Part shown: positions 62,501 through 64,000 of the stretch, in pieces
Position numbering within the stretch: position 1 is the stretch's first letter
Layout: every line of letters starts with the position of its first letter
Source of the DNA: Strigamia acuminata
Taxonomy: Eukaryota
DNA: 64,000 bases
Direction of reading: 5' to 3'
Assembly: GCA_949358305.1 (NCBI GenBank)
Contig: OX442314.1
Coordinates: 8,866,001 to 8,930,000 of the forward strand
Position numbers and translations under genes: made by a program
The notes under the pieces: model-generated
Told to the model about the DNA's origin: nothing
What the model saw: only the letters and a program-made list of their open reading frames with translations
Database searches by the model: none

Positions 62501-64000
62501 TGATGGTTTTTTATTTGTTTTAGGTTGTTTCAACGGTTGTATATCGAGGCGCCGCTCATCACTGAGAATGCTGTGGAGATTTTGAAGAAGTTTTGTTACG
62601 ACGAGGTGATTTGATTGATTTTTGTGTTGGTTTGTTTTATTTAATTGTTTTTTTTATTTTTTTTTATTTTTTTGCAGTCTGGGGCTAATATCGGGATGTG
62701 TATCTTGAAGGAATTGATAGTTAAGAGACCTCCGAAGCAAATGGAGTTCATTAATGTCGTTTTAGATCTGACTGCTCATGAAAAACAAGAGGTAAAAATT
62801 TTTAAAAATTGATTTAAATGAGTAAAATATTGATTTAAATTGATTTTAACGATTAAAAATTGATTTTAACAATTAAAAAATTGATTTTAACGATTAAAAT
62901 ATTGATTTTAACGATTAAAAATTGATTTTAACGATTAAAAAATTGTTTTTAACGATTAAAACATTGATTTTAACGATTAAAAAATTGATTTTAACGATTA
63001 AAAAATTAATTTTAACGATTAAAAAATTGATTTTAACGATTAAAAAATTGATTTTAACGATTAAAAAATTGATTTTAACGATTAAAAAATTGATTTTAAC
63101 GATTAAAACATCGATTTTAACGATTAAAAAATTGATTTTAACCATTAAAAATTGATTTTAACGATTAAAAAATTGATTTTAACGATTAAAAAATTGATTT
63201 TAACGATTAAAAAATTGATTTTAACGATTAAAAAATTGATTTTAACGATTAAAAAATTGATTTTAACGATTAAAAAACTGATTTTTACGATTAAAAAACT
63301 GATTTTAATGATTAAAAAATTGATTTTAACGATTAAAAATTGATTTTAACGATTAAAAAATTGATTTTAACGATCAAAAAATTGGTTTTAACGATTAAAA
63401 ATTGATTTTAACGATTTAAAAATTGATTTTAACGATTAAAAATTGATTTTAACGATTAAAAAATTAATTTAGACAATTAAAAAATTAATTTTAACTATTT
63501 TTTTAAAACTGATTTGTTATTTTTGTTGTTTTCAGATTCGTTCTCAAGCAATTGGGACCGTGAAACAGCTGTACGATCGCGGCGAATTTAAATCGACGAT
63601 TGAAGTAAATGCTTAAAGAAAAATAAGAAAATTGTAACAGTAATTGATGGTTTTTTTTTATTTTTTTTTTTTAGCAATACGGTTTGCAATATTTGAAACT
63701 TCTACTGCTACCCGAACCTCCGACATCTTTATTCATCGAAAACAGAGGACTGCAAGGCAAGTGCTAACAAAAAAATGTGACAAAAAGAATTCTTTTTTAA
63801 TTTCAATAATTTCTCCATTTTCCAGCCGTCACCAACCAATGGACCGAAGACATCACCAAGTTGTGTTTATATTTATATCTCGCCCTGTTACCCGTCAATC
63901 ACAAACTCATCCACGAGTAATTAATTAATCAAAGTAAATTTGGACTTGACTAATTTTTTTTCCGCAGTTTGGCGCAGGTTTACGTGGGCACAAACGCCAA
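58882..64000 (+). CDS. SYMPK: Symplekin (5' part, continues beyond the window)
   Basis: Exons from 58882 ([17 protein letters not shown]), [84 protein letters not shown]. Confidence 0.95.
59685..60020. repeat. ~50-bp minisatellite, inverted partner of 60515-61087
   Basis: TTTTAATTCGATTTT...AAAAATCGATATTAATTTTTTTTCGG units. Confidence 0.9.
60515..61138. repeat. ~50-bp minisatellite plus an inverted copy of the SYMPK exon 5 end
   Basis: Reverse complement of 59636-60020. Confidence 0.92.
62838..63470. repeat. 20-21-bp minisatellite (TTGATTTTAACGATTAAAAAA)
   Basis: About 30 units in a SYMPK intron. Confidence 0.97.

Overview
AT-rich, intron-containing animal genomic DNA, probably an invertebrate and arthropod-like. 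Ten spliced protein genes could be reconstructed by hand from GT-AG junctions and frame arithmetic: a partial single-pass membrane protein (-), EF1-gamma (-), calcineurin B (+), ADP-dependent glucokinase (+), MND1 (+), BRMS1-like (-), a stand-alone secreted NPC1 N-terminal sterol-binding-domain protein (+), an inversin-like ankyrin-repeat protein (-), iodotyrosine deiodinase (+) and a small tail-anchored orphan (-). The 5' part of symplekin (+) closes the window. An intact Ty1/copia element with identical LTRs sits in the middle of a MITE in IYD intron 1. There are many nested MITEs (hAT, PIF/Harbinger-like, Tc1/mariner-like) and about 14 A/T-tract-phased minisatellites. Most notable: the NPC1-NTD-only gene; repeated G/T-rich to A/C-rich strand-asymmetry switches centred on the minisatellites, which even flip synonymous codon choice inside exons; an inverted copy of a symplekin exon end that forms a downstream 3' splice region; and two H/ACA snoRNA candidates in EF1-gamma introns. 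All calls are by eye and no database searches were run.
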